NCBI GenBank assembly: GCA_013239625.1
Contig: MU054831.1
Coordinates: 807,457 to 871,456, forward strand
Length of the DNA: 64,000 nt
Reading direction: 5' to 3'
From: Lama guanicoe
Lineage: Eukaryota
Positions 1 through 15,934 of the stretch are shown here, one piece after another; position 1 is the first letter of the stretch, and every line of letters starts with the position of its first letter. The notes under the pieces are model-generated. The model did not search any database and was not told the origin of the DNA. It saw only the letters and a list, made by a program, of their open reading frames with translations. Made by a program: the position numbers and the translations under genes.

Positions 1-1155
1 ATGCCACCCCAGCCACAGACACCCCCTCGCAGCTCCTCCATCGGTGTCTGCACCGCTGGGCTCTGCAGCCTGGCCGAGCTAACTCACAAAACTGACCATC
101 ACGTCACCTTTGGCAGGGTGAACTCTTGCTAAGAATGAGGGAGCCCCGCTTCCTCTGCCCCAGCTAGGGGTGCAGAGGGGACGGGAGGCCTGGGAGGTGA
201 CAGCCAGCGACCTGATGTCCAGACCTTCCCAGCTGCCCCGAAAGGCCTTGCTTTTAGCTTCCGGGACTCAGGGTCCTGCCTTTCAGGTCCCTAGGGATGC
301 TTCGGGGGAGGGACGCACCACACGCATGTCCCGGACTCTTTGGCGCACGTGGCCACTAGTGGCTGGTGTCCTTCCATCAGCTAGTACGGGGACACAGTGC
401 AGTTGAGCTGGGCCAGGGCCACAGAGAGTAGTCCTTCCCTCCTGCGTTTCAGGATGGGGCCTGGTGCCTGCAGGCCCAGAGCAGGGCCGGGGCTGGAAGG
501 GGACGCTGAGCCGGGGGACTGTGGGAGGAGCTACGGGAGGCCGGGGGAGGCGCAGCCCGCAGACCCGGGGGCTCTCATGGGCAGAGGGGCTGAACTGGCT
601 TTGCAGGCCCCAAGGCAGGGCTGCAGTTCCTGGAGAAAGTTGGAAGGAAGCTAGTTGTCCAAAGAGACCCGCACAGGCAGGACTGTCCCGAGACAGCAGG
701 CGCTGCCCCTGTGGGATGCGTGTGTCCTGGAGGGTCCTGCAGGCAGGGTGGACCCTGGCCCTGTGGACATGCAGACCCCCTGACCTGCTTCTGTCAGTGG
801 GATAGATGGGAAGGGAAGGCCCCTGCATGAGGGGCCCCAGAGCAGCCCTCGTGGCGGGGCATGCTCAGGGCCAGGGCACCGGAGCAGGAGGCCAGGCTGC
901 CTCGGAGAGGAGGGGTCGTGGGAGAAGTCCCAGGACTTTTCCAAAAGTCACTGCTGCTGAAAGGGGCGGGGCCGAGGGGTGGACCTGGGGAGAGACTGAG
1001 GAGGCCCTGTTGGGGGACGAAGGTGACACAGGGCAGAGCACCTGGTGGGGCGTCTCCTGACGCTAGGGGGCCCTCCCTGGGGTGGGCGACGCTGGGACCC
1101 CAGTTGGAGGAGGCGCCTGCCCTCCCCTTTCTCTCCGTCTCCCCCGTCACCCTGA

Positions 1156-1392
<237 letters not shown>

Positions 1393-1395
1393 TGA

Positions 1396-1785
<390 letters not shown>

Positions 1786-2515
1786 TGAGGAGGCGGCCCG
1801 CAGGCACCCCCTGGAGGTTGGCACTTCTGCCTGTGCCTTGGGAGAGGCCTTCTGGTCCCGGGGAGGCAGGACCTGGGAGGCTATACTGCAGCAGGAGAGC
1901 GTCTGTGTACGTGCACGCACATGCGGTGCACATGCGGCACACGTGCAGACTGACCGGTGGGGCAGCCTGGAGCATGAGGAGGGTGGTACGCTGTGGGGGC
2001 TCCCACGCAGGCGTCCTGTGTCCACTCACCGCTGTTCTGCCCCAGGGGGGCTGGTGCTTCTCCCAGGACAGTCTCTGCTCCTCACCTCGGGTCCCCTTTT
2101 CAGAGCATTTGCTGGGGCGGCTGACCACGGACTGCTAGGGGCCGAGGATGGCCCTCAGGCAGGGCAGACGGGTGGAGTCGGGTGTGGGCTCAGGTCCAGC
2201 TCGGCCTCCCCTTGTCTGGACTCATCACCCTCCCCGCCCTCCTGCCCCTGCCTCCGCTGCTGTCCCCATGTGGCCAAGCGGCTGTCGCTGCGCTGCCCAC
2301 CCCCCAACACCGGTCCTCGCTGAGCTCCAGCCTGACTCTCGGGACCCTCCGCTCGTGCTGTGGGAGCTGACGGCCTCTTTGGGGCGCGGGAGTCCACGGC
2401 CTGAGGCAGGTCTTCCTGCCGACTTCCTTCCTGAGCACCCTGACTGTTAGTGTGAACCAGGGGACCCAGCCCCAAGCCCCCAGCCCCGGTGGGGGTGGCG
2501 GCATGTCCGTGATGA

Positions 2516-3299
<784 letters not shown>

Positions 3300-4594
3300 T
3301 AGAAACTGAGGTGAGCGCAGGACGGGCTCACGTGTCTGAGCAGCTGTTCTCCTGCTTCAGTTTCTTTTGAAATCAGGAGAAACAAGTAGAAGGGACCCAG
3401 CCTTATTAGAATCCGTGTCGCCCTCGGCCAGCGCAGCGGGGGCGTGCAGTGTGCTTAGTGGAAGAGGGCGGCCGCGGGGCCGCAGGGAGACGGGGCAGCC
3501 CCCCGGCAGCAGCAGCCAGCCAAGCTCGCGGGGCAGGTGCATGGGGCCGGGCTCCTCGGCCTCGCCGCCGGCGAGCTGGGGCGCAGGGGGACAGCCAGGC
3601 ATCCCAGGAGATGTCTGTCCGACAGCTCTGCTGCTCCAGGTCCCCACACGCTCACTCTGATGTGTGCCTGGCTGTTCATGTGTGAAAGCCATTCCCCCTA
3701 AAGAAAAGTTTACTGTTGCCCTGGAAACCGGAGGCTATCCGCATGCGGGGGCGGTGCAGGGCCATCAGGGGCAAAGGAGCGCGGGGCGGGGGGGCCTCAG
3801 TGGGCCTCTGTGAGGTTTCTGTGGGCACGCAGGGTGGGGTGGACAGCGAGGACGGCCCAGTTAGAGTAATGCTGGCAGGCTCTGGGGCGGGGGTGGGGAG
3901 CTGCCCCGAGTGGCCCGCTACCTGCCCCTAGGGTGGCTTAGGCAGGTGGGGGGGCTCACCCACAGGCTGCCCCCTGTCCGCGGATGGGCTGGCCCGGGCG
4001 AGGCCTCCTGCAGCCAGCGAGGCCCCCAAAGATGTCAGAACATCAGGAGATACAGAGGAAAATGGAAGGCACACGCAGTCACACACGTTTACACACTCAG
4101 TCCTACTCAGACACTCAGACACTTCCATCCTGCGTGGGTCACCCCACGCTCAGGCACACGGACGCCCACCTGCCCCTTCCCTGGCCTCGGGGGCCACAGT
4201 CCTGTGCTGGGAGGATGATCGCCCCTCCCGTGTCCTTCCTGTGACACCTGAGCCCTCGGGGCAGGCGGCTGCGTTTCTCCTGCAACCTGCCTGTTTCCTG
4301 GGGGTGATACCTTCTAAAGTATCTCGTTTTCTGTCATCAACTTGCCCATCATTCCTGGAGCTTCCAGGGCTCCGAGCTGTGATTTCCCATCCCTCCCACC
4401 TGTGATCCCGGCCCTCTCGCTGCTGATGCCCCACCGCCGTCACTTGGTGGGAGTTTAGAGGAACGTGTGGTGATTTCGAGGACGCGGAGGATCTCTCTGG
4501 CAAACCGGCTCGAGCCATGGGTGGCCCTGGGCAGGACCCCGGCTGGAGCTGAGCTGATCCCGTCCCCAGGATGGTCCGCCCGGGCCCACTCTGA

Positions 4595-4891
<297 letters not shown>

Positions 4892-5385
4892 TGAGGACCC
4901 CCAGCCATTCCTCTCCATACACCAGCGGGCCCTGACCAGGGAGGGCGTCTCAGCATTGCCACCCACACCCGCTTCGGGGCCGTGGCTGTCAGGTGACAGC
5001 ATCCACGTGTGTGAACGCCAGGCTTGGTCAGACCTTCTGGGTCACCAGTAGGGATGTGAGTGGGGAGGCAGGGCCGTGTCATCCCAGAGCTTAGAGCCCA
5101 CCCCTGCTGCCCCGGCCTCCCAATCGGGGGCCTGCGCCCAGCCCCTGTGCCCCGGGGCGGGGTGTTCTGAGGCCCTCATGCAGCCTCGTCCACACCTGGC
5201 CAGGATCACACCTGCCTGTGTCTTCCGGAACCTTCCGGAGCTTTACACCAACCAAGCGTGCAGTGTCTTTCCAAGCGTGGGGACAGGTGCACTTTTGGTC
5301 CTCTTGTCTTTTAAGGCAGCATTCTTGATGGTCTGTGTGTTTGGTTTGGGTTTTAAACAGGAAACCCCCAACCCCGCCCCCCCGC

Positions 5386-5723
5386 NNNNNNNNNNNNNNN
5401 NNNNNNNNNNNNNNNNNNNNNNNNNNNNNNNNNNNNNNNNNNNNNNNNNNNNNNNNNNNNNNNNNNNNNNNNNNNNNNNNNNNNNNNNNNNNNNNNNNNN
5501 NNNNNNNNNNNNNNNNNNNNNNNNNNNNNNNNNNNNNNNNNNNNNNNNNNNNNNNNNNNNNNNNNNNNNNNNNNNNNNNNNNNNNNNNNNNNNNNNNNNN
5601 NNNNNNNNNNNNNNNNNNNNNNNNNNNNNNNNNNNNNNNNNNNNNNNNNNNNNNNNNNNNNNNNNNNNNNNNNNNNNNNNNNNNNNNNNNNNNNNNNNNN
5701 NNNNNNNNNNNNNNNNNNNNNNN
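5386..5723. other. Assembly gap (338 N)
   Basis: Run of N in sequence. Confidence 1.
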
Positions 5724-8700
5724 GGAAGGAACCAGCTCTTTTGCACAGGAGCACTGCTGCGGGCACGATTTGACCGCCGTCAGGGCGTGACCCCGGCGTG
5801 TGGGGCAGCTCCCTGGACCCACGGGCTGAGGCAGGCAGAGGGCCCGAGGGAGCGCGAGGGCTCCTGGCCTCCCCGGGGGTGCCCCGCAGGGGAGAGGCGG
5901 GTCCCAGCGATGCAGGAAGCAGGGTGCCCTGGGGCCTGGCTCCATGCAGGTGGGACTGTTTTTGCAGAGAGGCCTCTGGGACCTGGGGAAGTGTCCCTGT
6001 GCAGGGCCCTCGGGGCACATTTGGAAGAATGGGGGTGTGCATCTTTACACCCACCGCCAGCTGAGGCAGCCTGACCTCCCTCTGCTGTTTTCCAAAAGAG
6101 GTGAAAGCTCCTGGCTACTCTCAGTGCTGCCCCCTCCGTCTGGGCAAAGGAGCGGGAGCTGAAGGAGGCTGTCTGGGAGGGCAGAGAGGGCAGGGCCCCC
6201 CTCTGAACCCCTGGGGCCCAAGTGGACCTGCCTTGCTCTGAGCCGATCCCTGTCTAAAGGTGAGGACGGTCCGTCCCTCCTGACCGCCAGGCCATCAAAG
6301 CTGGTTGGGCACACGAGGCCCTCTGCTCTCAAGGGAAGTGCACTTTGCAGAGAGGAGCCAGCCATTAAGTGTCCTGGACAGATGAGAAAGGCCAAGGTCA
6401 GGAGTGGAGCCGGGGCCTTGGGGAAGCCCAGACCCAGGGGCAGGCAGACGCGGCAGATACCACTCCCCTCCACATGTGTTATTCCATGAAGTGGAAGCAA
6501 GACAGGTGAAGGAAAGATCTAGAAGCCTAGCTCATGGAACAACCAAATCCACACGTTTTCCTTATCCATGGGGGTGTAAGATAGTTTTATCAGCAGCCTT
6601 TTTTGGAGTTTGAGGTTGCTTCCTTGGGCTAGGCCAGTGGAAGTTTCTGGAAGTCTGGGCCTTGGAGCACCAGCACTGTGAGCTGAAGACCAAGGCGGGT
6701 CCCCAGTAACGGGGTTGCACTGGGAGCCCTTGGGTGCAGGTGAAGGCGTGAAAGCTCCCCGATTCCCCTTGGAGGGAAGCAGGCTCTCTCGGGCGCACCA
6801 CGGATTTGTTTTGATTAGTCTTCTCTGAGTGTATGCGGGATAAAGCCATGTGGCTCGCTCCCCAGGCCGCCCCGGGGCTGGGCTTCCCTCTCTGCCGAGC
6901 GCCAGGGCCGGCGCCACGCAGGCCTCTGGGAAAGCCTGGCCGGCCGCAAGGGCCAGGGCCGCTGGGCGTCAGGCAGGCGCGGGGACAGGGCACAGGGCAG
7001 CGAGGACACCGGGAGAAATGGGTGTGGGCTCTCGCAGTCTCGGCCGGAAAGAGCTGGGTCCTTCCAACGCTTCCCCTCTCTGTGGATCTGGGGTGTTACA
7101 AAACAGCCAAACCAAACCAAAGCCGTCAGTGAGAGGCCGGCTGCCACGGCGGGCCGTCTGCGAGGGGCTTCATTTGGAAACATCCTGATCCTTTTGGTTT
7201 GGCAAGAATTGGCTTTTCCCGCGCAGCAGCTGTGCAGGCCCAGGCCCTGAGAAGGACCCCGTCTTTGGTTTCCTCTTATCCTTCGGTAGCTGCTGGCTCT
7301 CTCTCTCCAAAGCTTGAGCGAAATTGGGGCGCCCACTCTTGTCCCCCTTTGGAAAGGCTTTCCTGGCCCCAGCATGCGTCTGCACCTCACCAATCTCGTG
7401 GTTAGCGCTGCCTCCTCCCCTCCCGCCACACTCAGCCCTGGCTGCGTCTCTGCCGCCTCCTGTCTCTCCGGCGGGTTTCAGCCTGCTTCAAGGTGTGCTC
7501 ACCTCCATGGACAAGGCCCCCCATGGGGGCATCCCGTGTCCTGACCCAGGGCTCCTCACGCAGGTGCAGGGGCAGCTCCCAGGGGGCCTCTCCCTCTGGT
7601 CTGGGATGCTGGTGAGTCGGGAGGTGGGGTGGGCTGACCCAGGCAGAAGCAGTGGGCCTGGGGCTCAGTTTCCCCGATGATCCTCCCTGCCTGGACCATC
7701 GCTTTCAGAGGTGGGTGGGCAGGGGAGGGGCAGAGAGAGGAGGGCGAGGGGCTGACTGTCTGGGACGGAGGGTGCCTGGGAAAGGGGACTGGTGGCTGCG
7801 AAGGGGAGGGTCCAGGACTCGGGTGGAAAAGCACTGACCCGTCGTGTCTGCTCTGTGCCATCTGCTCCCAGCTGGGCGCACTCTGCGAGCTGAGCCACTG
7901 GGCGTGAGGCGCTGCCAGAGAGGCTGTGCACCACTCTGTGTGCGGGTCGGGCTGCCGTGGCCGGAGGGCACTCTGGAGGGGGCGGGGCGGTTCTTGCCCC
8001 CAGGGGGGTGGGTGCTGATGTCAGGTCCGGGCATCTGGAGGGGGGAGGCACACCTCTATACCACCGGCCCTGTCCCCTCGTGTCCCGGTGCTGCTGGTCG
8101 GGGTGGACTCCGCACCATGTGTGGGGTCTTCCAGCCCTCTCAGCCCTCGAGGCTGGTACTGCCACTGCGGGCAGCGGCTGCTGGGCCCCAGGGGTCCCTT
8201 CTGGCTGAATGCGGCCATCACTGTCACCAGGCGGACTGGGCGAGGACCCAGCAAGTCCTCCTTTGCTTTCTGGGAGCATCCAGCCCCAGAGCATTTGCTC
8301 TATGAACCTACCTGGTGCCCCTTGGAGCAGAATGACCCCCGTCCACAGCTGGGTTATGAAGTTCGGGGAACAGGTGGCCATGGGCTCCAGGGGTTTTCGT
8401 TCTGTGACCTCAGCCTCCAGCCAGGGACCCTCCTCTTGGGGCACATCTAGGCTGCATCTTGTCTAACGGTTTAAGCTTGGGCCTCACCGTTCTCCATGCA
8501 AGCGTCTGGCTTTTCTTTCCCCCCTGACGTGAGGAAATCCTGAAAGATTCAATTTACCTAATTAATGAGCTGCATTAACTAAGCAGGTGGGCCATGGAGT
8601 GTGGGGTCCACACTTTTGAAGTCTACCAGGAAGCCAGTCTGCATGTCGCACCCCAGCCTGGGCTCTGTTGCTAGCCCCCAGAAGCTTCCTGAACGTCTCC

Positions 8701-11416
8701 TTCTGTGAAGTGGGGTCCTAGTGCTGTGAGTGGAGTCTGGGTGCTCAAAGCCAGCCCGTGGGGTTGGCCCCTGAGCCTTTCCGGAAGGCAGCCCTGGGCT
8801 GGGGGGGGCTTTGAGGGCCCTGAGTCTGGCTTTCCCTCCTGGCCAGGTGGCCCTGGATAGCCCTTAACCCTTCCTTCTGGGAGGCTGTGCTAATGAGGAC
8901 CCTTGTGCCCGGCCCCACGCCCTCAGCCAGCCCACACCCAGAGGTGTCTTGCCCTCCTGTGGGGCCTCCTGTGGGGCCCCCGCGGAGTGTGAGCGGGTGG
9001 GCAGGCTGTGGCCCCGTGCCTGTGCCTCAGGCTCCTGGGAGCCTCCGCAGTGCCTCTCTGCCACCCGGCGCTGGGCTTTCCGCAGCGGGCAGTGCCTGGG
9101 GGAGGCGGGGCTGGAATCAGGGCGCTGACTGGCCCCTGTGGCTTGGGGCTGTCCTGCCCGGGCCCCTGAGCCCTTCCAGCCGCGGTGGGGTGGTGGGCGG
9201 TGCCCAAACAAGGGGTCGGGCCTCCAGGGAGAGGCAGAGCAGGGTCTGTGCCTGTTCCCTCTGCCCGAGTCCTGGCCGCCCCGTTTCCCCGTCGGGACCT
9301 TGTGCTCGCGGCTTTACTCGTGGAAGCCCCCCTCCCAGTCCTGGTTTCAGTCAAAGGCCCTTGGCCGGGAGCCCGGTGGCCAGCTAGGGGAGGCCACCAC
9401 TGTGCCCATAGTGAGGCGGGTGCTGGCAGAGGCCACCAGCCTGCCCTGGCCAGTCCCCGCCCGCGGGGTGCCCTCTGGGCCTCAGCGAGGGCTTCCGCTC
9501 TCTGGGCCTCAGGGTCCTCCTGGGACCAGGGCCAGGGCTGGCTTCTGCTCCTCAGCGGGTGGTCGGAGGCAGTGTCGCCCCACCCCAAGCCCCACCCCCT
9601 GTCAGGCAAAGAAGCCTGCACTGTCCGCGAACACTCCTTCCCGGAAGGAGGGGCTCTGGGGCGTCCGCGGAGCCGGCACCATGCTGGGGAAGACAGGCTT
9701 CCTCTGGCCTCAGGAGGCCCCAGGAGGCAGCACACCCTTCCCCCTGACCAGGGCCTGTCTTGACCTGGGGAGGGGCTGCCCAGAAGGCAGGAGACGGGCC
9801 GCGATGCTTCCACACAGAGCCTGGACGGCATCCAGGGGTGGGGTCTGGCCGCATCTCTGTTCCCTCTGGGTGCTGTGGGGGGTCCGGGGGAAGCGAGAGG
9901 GTGGCCGGGGGGACGGGCTGGCTGGAAGGGTTTCAGAGAGACTTCTGAGGTGGAGCTGTTAGATTTGAGACAGGAGCCAGGACAGCGCTTAGGTTTCTGA
10001 CCTACTGTCGGGGAGGGCGATGGTGGAATGACAGGGAGCCTGCCTGAGAGGGAGCTCCGGGGCCTGGACTCAGGGCCCCGAGGAGCAGCCCTTCCCCGTG
10101 TCCCTCTGCCCCAGGGGTCCAGAACGGGACCCTTCAGCGTGGTTGTGGGGTGGTGCCCGTGGCTCAGCCTCGTGAAGTGTGGGATGACCAGGGTGACATA
10201 CCTCTCCTCCCATCCTCCCAGCTCCCCTCCACCCCTGCCGGTCATGCACCTGACACCAGTGCCCCCCAGGGCAGCAGATGTCAACCTTCCCTCCCACCCC
10301 CACCCCCTTCACTGCTGCTCTCACCTCTGCAGCCCTCCTTCCTGGCTGAGGCCTTGGGCCTCCCTCACCCCCACCTTCTGCACTTCCTCCCCAACACCTC
10401 CCACCATCCCGTGTCCAAATCCTGCCCACCCTTGGGCAGGCTGTGCCCCGCCCCCAGTCCCCTGGGAACTCTGGGAGTCTGGGCTCCTGGGCTACAGGAG
10501 GAGCTGCAGGTCACCCCTGCTGGAGGCGAGGCAGGGCAGGGTGGGAGGCAGGGCGTATGGGTGGGTCCTTCCTGTGCCAGGGCGTCCCTGCCAGGAGGCG
10601 CCCTGATGGGCGGGGAGCTGTACTTGCGTTAGCCTGCCTGTCTGGCTGGGCGTCACAGGGTCTTCCAGGGTCCTCTCTGTCCTCCTGACCACATGTATGA
10701 CTCCCACATGGTGGCTAGCTCAGGGAGAGAGACACCAGCAGGGTGACGTGGCCTCTGCCGGGCCTGTCCTGGCACTGGCTGGGCACACAGTTGAGCTGCC
10801 TGGGAGAGCGAGGGTTCTGGGCGCTCTGGGTAGCTGTCGGGGGTATGCCTGGCAGCACCAAGGTGTCTGCGGTGTCCTGAGGCCACCGTTCAGCCGAACC
10901 CCTGGGCTCTGGGCGGGGCTGACGTCCGTCTCAGCTGGCACCATGGAGCTCCCACCTGCAGTGTTCTTGGAGGGGCTCAGAATCATGAGCTGTATTCCTT
11001 CATCCAAGCCCCTCTTGGGGTCTGAGAGCGTCAGGCACCACCGGGAAACAGGCGGGAGGCGGGGGGCTGCCAGGGCATCAGCACGAGCTTGAGGTCCTAG
11101 GTCCTCCTCCTTGAAGCAGGCTGAAACCTCCCTCCTCCACTGTTCTCTGCTCAGACCACCAGCTTCGCTGAGCTCAGCCCTTCTTGCCACTTCCTCTCTG
11201 CCCCCACCGTGCACACCTTCCTCCTCCTCTGTCCCCCGCCTCCTCTTGTCTCCTCTGCCGCTGTGGACCCCCCTCGCCTCCCCTCCCGGCCCCTGCCTGC
11301 CTGCCCGCCCGGCTGCTTGCTGCCCTGGCCGCCCCGCTTCGCTCTGCTCTGCAGTGTTGTGTCGTGAGCCCGGGCCGTGCTGCCGCCACCGCCACTCACT
11401 GCAAGGGTGGCCCTGA

Positions 11417-11785
<369 letters not shown>

Positions 11786-13469
11786 TGAGCCCAGGGCGGA
11801 CTGAACCCACTCTGGTTCCAGTTCCCCCATCAGGCAGCCCAGGCAGGCCTGGAGACCCAGCCTGGCACAGAGGCGCCCTCTCCAGCTGCCCTCAGCCCCA
11901 GGACGGGCACGCCGGCTTCCCACCCTGGGCCCCGGCTCCTCCCACCGCAGCCCCAGAGCCTCCCCAGCTTTGTCCCTCTTCGGACCCCTGGGCCTCCCAG
12001 GTGCTGGCCTGTCTGTCTGGAAGCTGCAGATCCTGCCTCCACTGTGGGCTGGGGGATACAGGCCCTTCTCTGCAGAGGCAGACACCCCCTCACTGCCCAG
12101 TCACCTTCCTGGCTCCCCACCTCCTGGCTGGGGCCCCAAGGCTGGTAGCTGCAGGGCATCTTTGAGCCTGGATTTGCTCCCCTGAAAATGGCGCTCCCTC
12201 TGACGCCGCCTACCGTCAGGGAAGATGGAGAGGCCATTAGAGAACACACCGGGAGCGCGGGGCCCGAGGGCCTGGTGCTCGCTGGAAGGCCTTGGCCGGC
12301 GGCTCCTCGGGACCCCCTTTCCTCTTCAGGGCTTGGCTGCCCGGGCACCTCGGGGAGAGGACGGGCGGACGATCAGAGAGAGCCAGCTGCAGAGCAGCTG
12401 TGGCTGAGGCAGGCCTGGCGTGGGGTGTGAGCAGCCTGGGTGGCCTGCGCTCCCACGGCTGTCCCGTGCCACCCCAGCTGATCCCCCTCTGCCTGGGTAG
12501 CCTGGCCTCTTCGGGTGGTTTGGAGTCCACCCTTAGTCCACCCTGTGCCAAATTCTCACCTGCTTGTGACTCCCAGTCATGTCAGGTAGTGCTAAGACCC
12601 CTGGGACCCAGCTGGGACGGGGAGTGGGGGCGGCTCTAGAGAAGAGCCAGGTGACAGGGACGCTGGGAACGCCCAGTGCCACCCTCGTTCCTCGGGGGGG
12701 CCCTGCCCCTCGTCTCCAGGGGCCCTGTCCTCCCCGGACTCTTCCACGGCCCCTCCTGTCAGCGCCGCCCCCGCCGAGCCGCTGAACAGCCTGCTGTCTA
12801 TGCAGTGTTTGGGCCACACCTGACTAGTGGCCACGGGGGAGGAGATGGGACCTAAAAAAGCCACCGATCCCTGCTTCAGTGGTTTCAGAAGCCACACCTG
12901 CCCCTGCGCCCACCATGGCGAAGGTCAGCTGGTCTGGGCTCCCGGCACTGGGCCCTTCCCTGGGCCGTGGTGGGACAGGGCTTCGTGCCCTGGGGCGGCC
13001 AAGGCGGAGAGCACGGTGGCGGTAGTGTCCCTGCAAAGCTGCAGAACGGAACGCTGGAGCCGCTCAGGTCTGAGGCCGCCTGGGGCGGCGTCCAGCCAGC
13101 GTGGCTGGAGCCAGGGGTCGAGGAGGCTGTCAGAAGCCAGATCTGGGGGTCCTCAGGCAGCAGGAGAAGGGTTTGGGTCTGTCCCAAGCACAGAGGGGAG
13201 CCTTGAACGTTCAAAGAAGGGTTGTTGAGAGTGTGCTGGGCACTGAGCGTCCAGACGGGTGATGACGGCGGCAGAGGGACAGGCGTGATTCCCAGATGTA
13301 ACCAGGAGGACCTGGTGGGCAGGCTCGGCCTGTTGAGGTTCCTGTGTGCTCGGCCCATCCCAGCGGCTCTGCCTGGCCCTGCCACTGCTCCTGGGGACGA
13401 GCCAGGCCCCGACAGTCTGCTCCCCCCGGGTGAGCTAGGCCCTGACTGCCCACTTGGTTTCCATTTCAG

Positions 13470-13555
13470 CTGATGAAGAGGCCCCTGATTATGGCTCCGG
13501 TGTCCGCCAGTCGGGAACTGCCAGAATCTCCTTTGATGACCAGCACTTTGAGAAG
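13470..13555 (+). CDS. KIF1A: KIF1A coding exon
   Basis: tcag|CTGA...GAAG|gtacca; (A)[28 protein letters not shown]. Confidence 0.97.
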
Positions 13556-14440
13556 GTACCATGCACGCGTGGCTCAGCCATCGACACTGGAAGACAGGCC
13601 TCCAGCCCGACTCGCACTCCGGGCCAGCCGCGGGCGCGGGCTCCCCCTGGGGCTGTCGCTCGTCTTCCCTAGCAGAGCCTCGCGGTGCCCTGTCCCCACG
13701 TCTGACCTGCTCTGACCCACCGGGTCCATCTCCCCACCTCCAGCGTCTCCGTGTCTCATACCTGCGCTCCCCACCCGGCCCTTGGTCCAGGCAGGGGCAC
13801 AGAGCAGGGATGCACCACAAGCTTCCGGAGCAGACTCCAAGACTTCTCCCCCTCTGGTTCCCCTTCTCGCAGGCTCCCTCCCCTGGGGGTTCCCCCAGAA
13901 CCCCAAGTTTCCACCACTCTCTTTACCCCCCCACCCCTGACATCCCAGTGAGAACTAGGAACGCCCCCGTCAGGCCCCTCCACAGTCCCCACAGCAGGTG
14001 CTGGGGTGGCTCTGCTTTGGTGCCGAAGGACTAGGTGCTGCCCCTTCTGGTCCTCACTTGACGGGACGCTGCCTTCCACCAGGGCGTCCCTTTCTGCTCT
14101 CTGGCGAGAGGGTGGCAGAGCAGGGTCCCACTCTGCCCCCAGACTGGGTGGTTCCTCCTCTCTCCTCCTTATGCTCTTTACTAACCCGACCCTCTCTGAC
14201 CCCCACCCTGAACCGCAGTGCTCCTGCAGCCCTGAGCCCAGAGCTCCCCAACACTGACTCTCTTGGAGGGGTCGTCAGTGCTGGGGTGCACGGAGGGGGC
14301 AGCAGGAGGCTGTGCGGGCACCCGGTGGCGGGGTCCCTGGCCAGGGAGCTCAGGGGAGCGGGCAGGCCTGGCTGGGGTGGGGGCGCAGAACTGAAGGCCA
14401 GAGACCGTTTCCCAGCCTCCTTTCCTGCTTTGCAGACTAA

Positions 14441-14806
<366 letters not shown>

Positions 14807-14847
14807 TGAGCCCGGGCTCATGCCCCTCTGGTCTTGGCTCCCAGCAG

Positions 14848-15016
14848 CCGTGACCCCGGAGGGCCTCCTGGACAGTCCGGAGAAAGCCGCCCTGGACGGG
14901 CCCCTGGACGCCACCCTGGACCATCTCAGCCTGGGCACCACCTTCACCTTCCGTGTGACTGTCCTGCAGGCGTCCAGCATTTCTGCTGAATATGCCGACA
15001 TCTTCTGCCAGTTCAA
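14848..15016 (+). CDS. KIF1A: KIF1A coding exon (tandem CAGCAG acceptor; alternative start 14845)
   Basis: cccagcag|CCGTG...TTCAA|gtgagc; (A)[55 protein letters not shown](N). Confidence 0.93.
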
Positions 15017-15157
15017 GTGAGCCTCTCCCCGGGCCGGGCTGTGCCGGTGGGCCTTGGCAAGGAGCAGGCCGTGCGGGGGCACCCTGGCGACCCCTGGTGG
15101 CCGTGGGTTCCCGTCCCTGGTCTCCGCACCTGCCAAACGTCTCCTCTTGCTTCACAG

Positions 15158-15248
15158 CTTTATCCATCGCCACGACGAGGCCTTTTCTACGGAGCCCCTG
15201 AAGAACACAGGGCGGGGGCCCCCACTCGGCTTCTACCACGTCCAGAAT
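15158..15248 (+). CDS. KIF1A: KIF1A coding exon
   Basis: acag|CTTT...GAAT|gtacgt; [30 protein letters not shown]. Confidence 0.97.
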
Positions 15249-15934
15249 GTACGTCCTCAGAGCCCCCTTCTCCTTCTGCGGCCGATGGGCCCCTCCCCGG
15301 GTCTCCGGCTTTGCCCGGCCCCCCTGAGACAGCTGAGCTTCATTCGTGCTCTCGGCCCTCTTCTGCGCACAGCCTCGTGCTAGGCGTGAGGACACCGGGC
15401 CTCCGGTGCCCGGCGGGGGCCTGTGGGCCATTGCTAGGCAGTGGGAGGCCTTGGTGGTCTAAGGCAGATCAGAGCCCTGAGAGCCCTCTGCAGCGAGCCC
15501 TGGGCAGACGTGGATGGGATGTGTCTGAGGTGGCTGGGGTTTGCGTTGAGGCCGGGGTGCTTGGCGAGGCAGGCCTGGCCTGGTGCTGGGGGCGAGGCAG
15601 AGGCAGAGCACACAGACAGCTGCAGGGACAACCTGGAGAGGCCAGAAAAGCTCCAGGCCCGGGAGTGCAGGGTCCTGGCCCGAGGACAGGGGATTTTTTT
15701 GGTGTGAGGCTGGAAGACGGGGCCACGATGGATCCTGCTGGGTGGCAAGCCCTTGAGGGCCAGGCTGGGGAGTGTGTTTGACTCTGAGCAGCCCAGCTGG
15801 TGGGTGTGTGGTCAGAGACGTCCCAGAGGCCCTGCTCCAAGGGCCCTGCGCATGTGGACTGTCCTGACCCCTGGTGGAGGGGAGCTCCCAGTGGTTTCTA
15901 ATCCAGGGAATCCAGGCCAGATCTGAAGGTGCGC

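Noticed and set aside
5076-6074. Long ORFs spanning the N run
   Set aside because: Artefacts of translating through the assembly gap
9972-9990. RE1/REST-like site CAGGAGC-CA-GGACAGCGCT
   Set aside because: Right half and spacing fit, but there are two mismatches in the near-invariant CAGCACC left half
8923-10284. 453-aa minus-strand ORF inside a KIF1A intron
   Set aside because: Pro/Arg/Gly/Ala-rich with no recognisable domain; long stop-free frames are expected at this GC content
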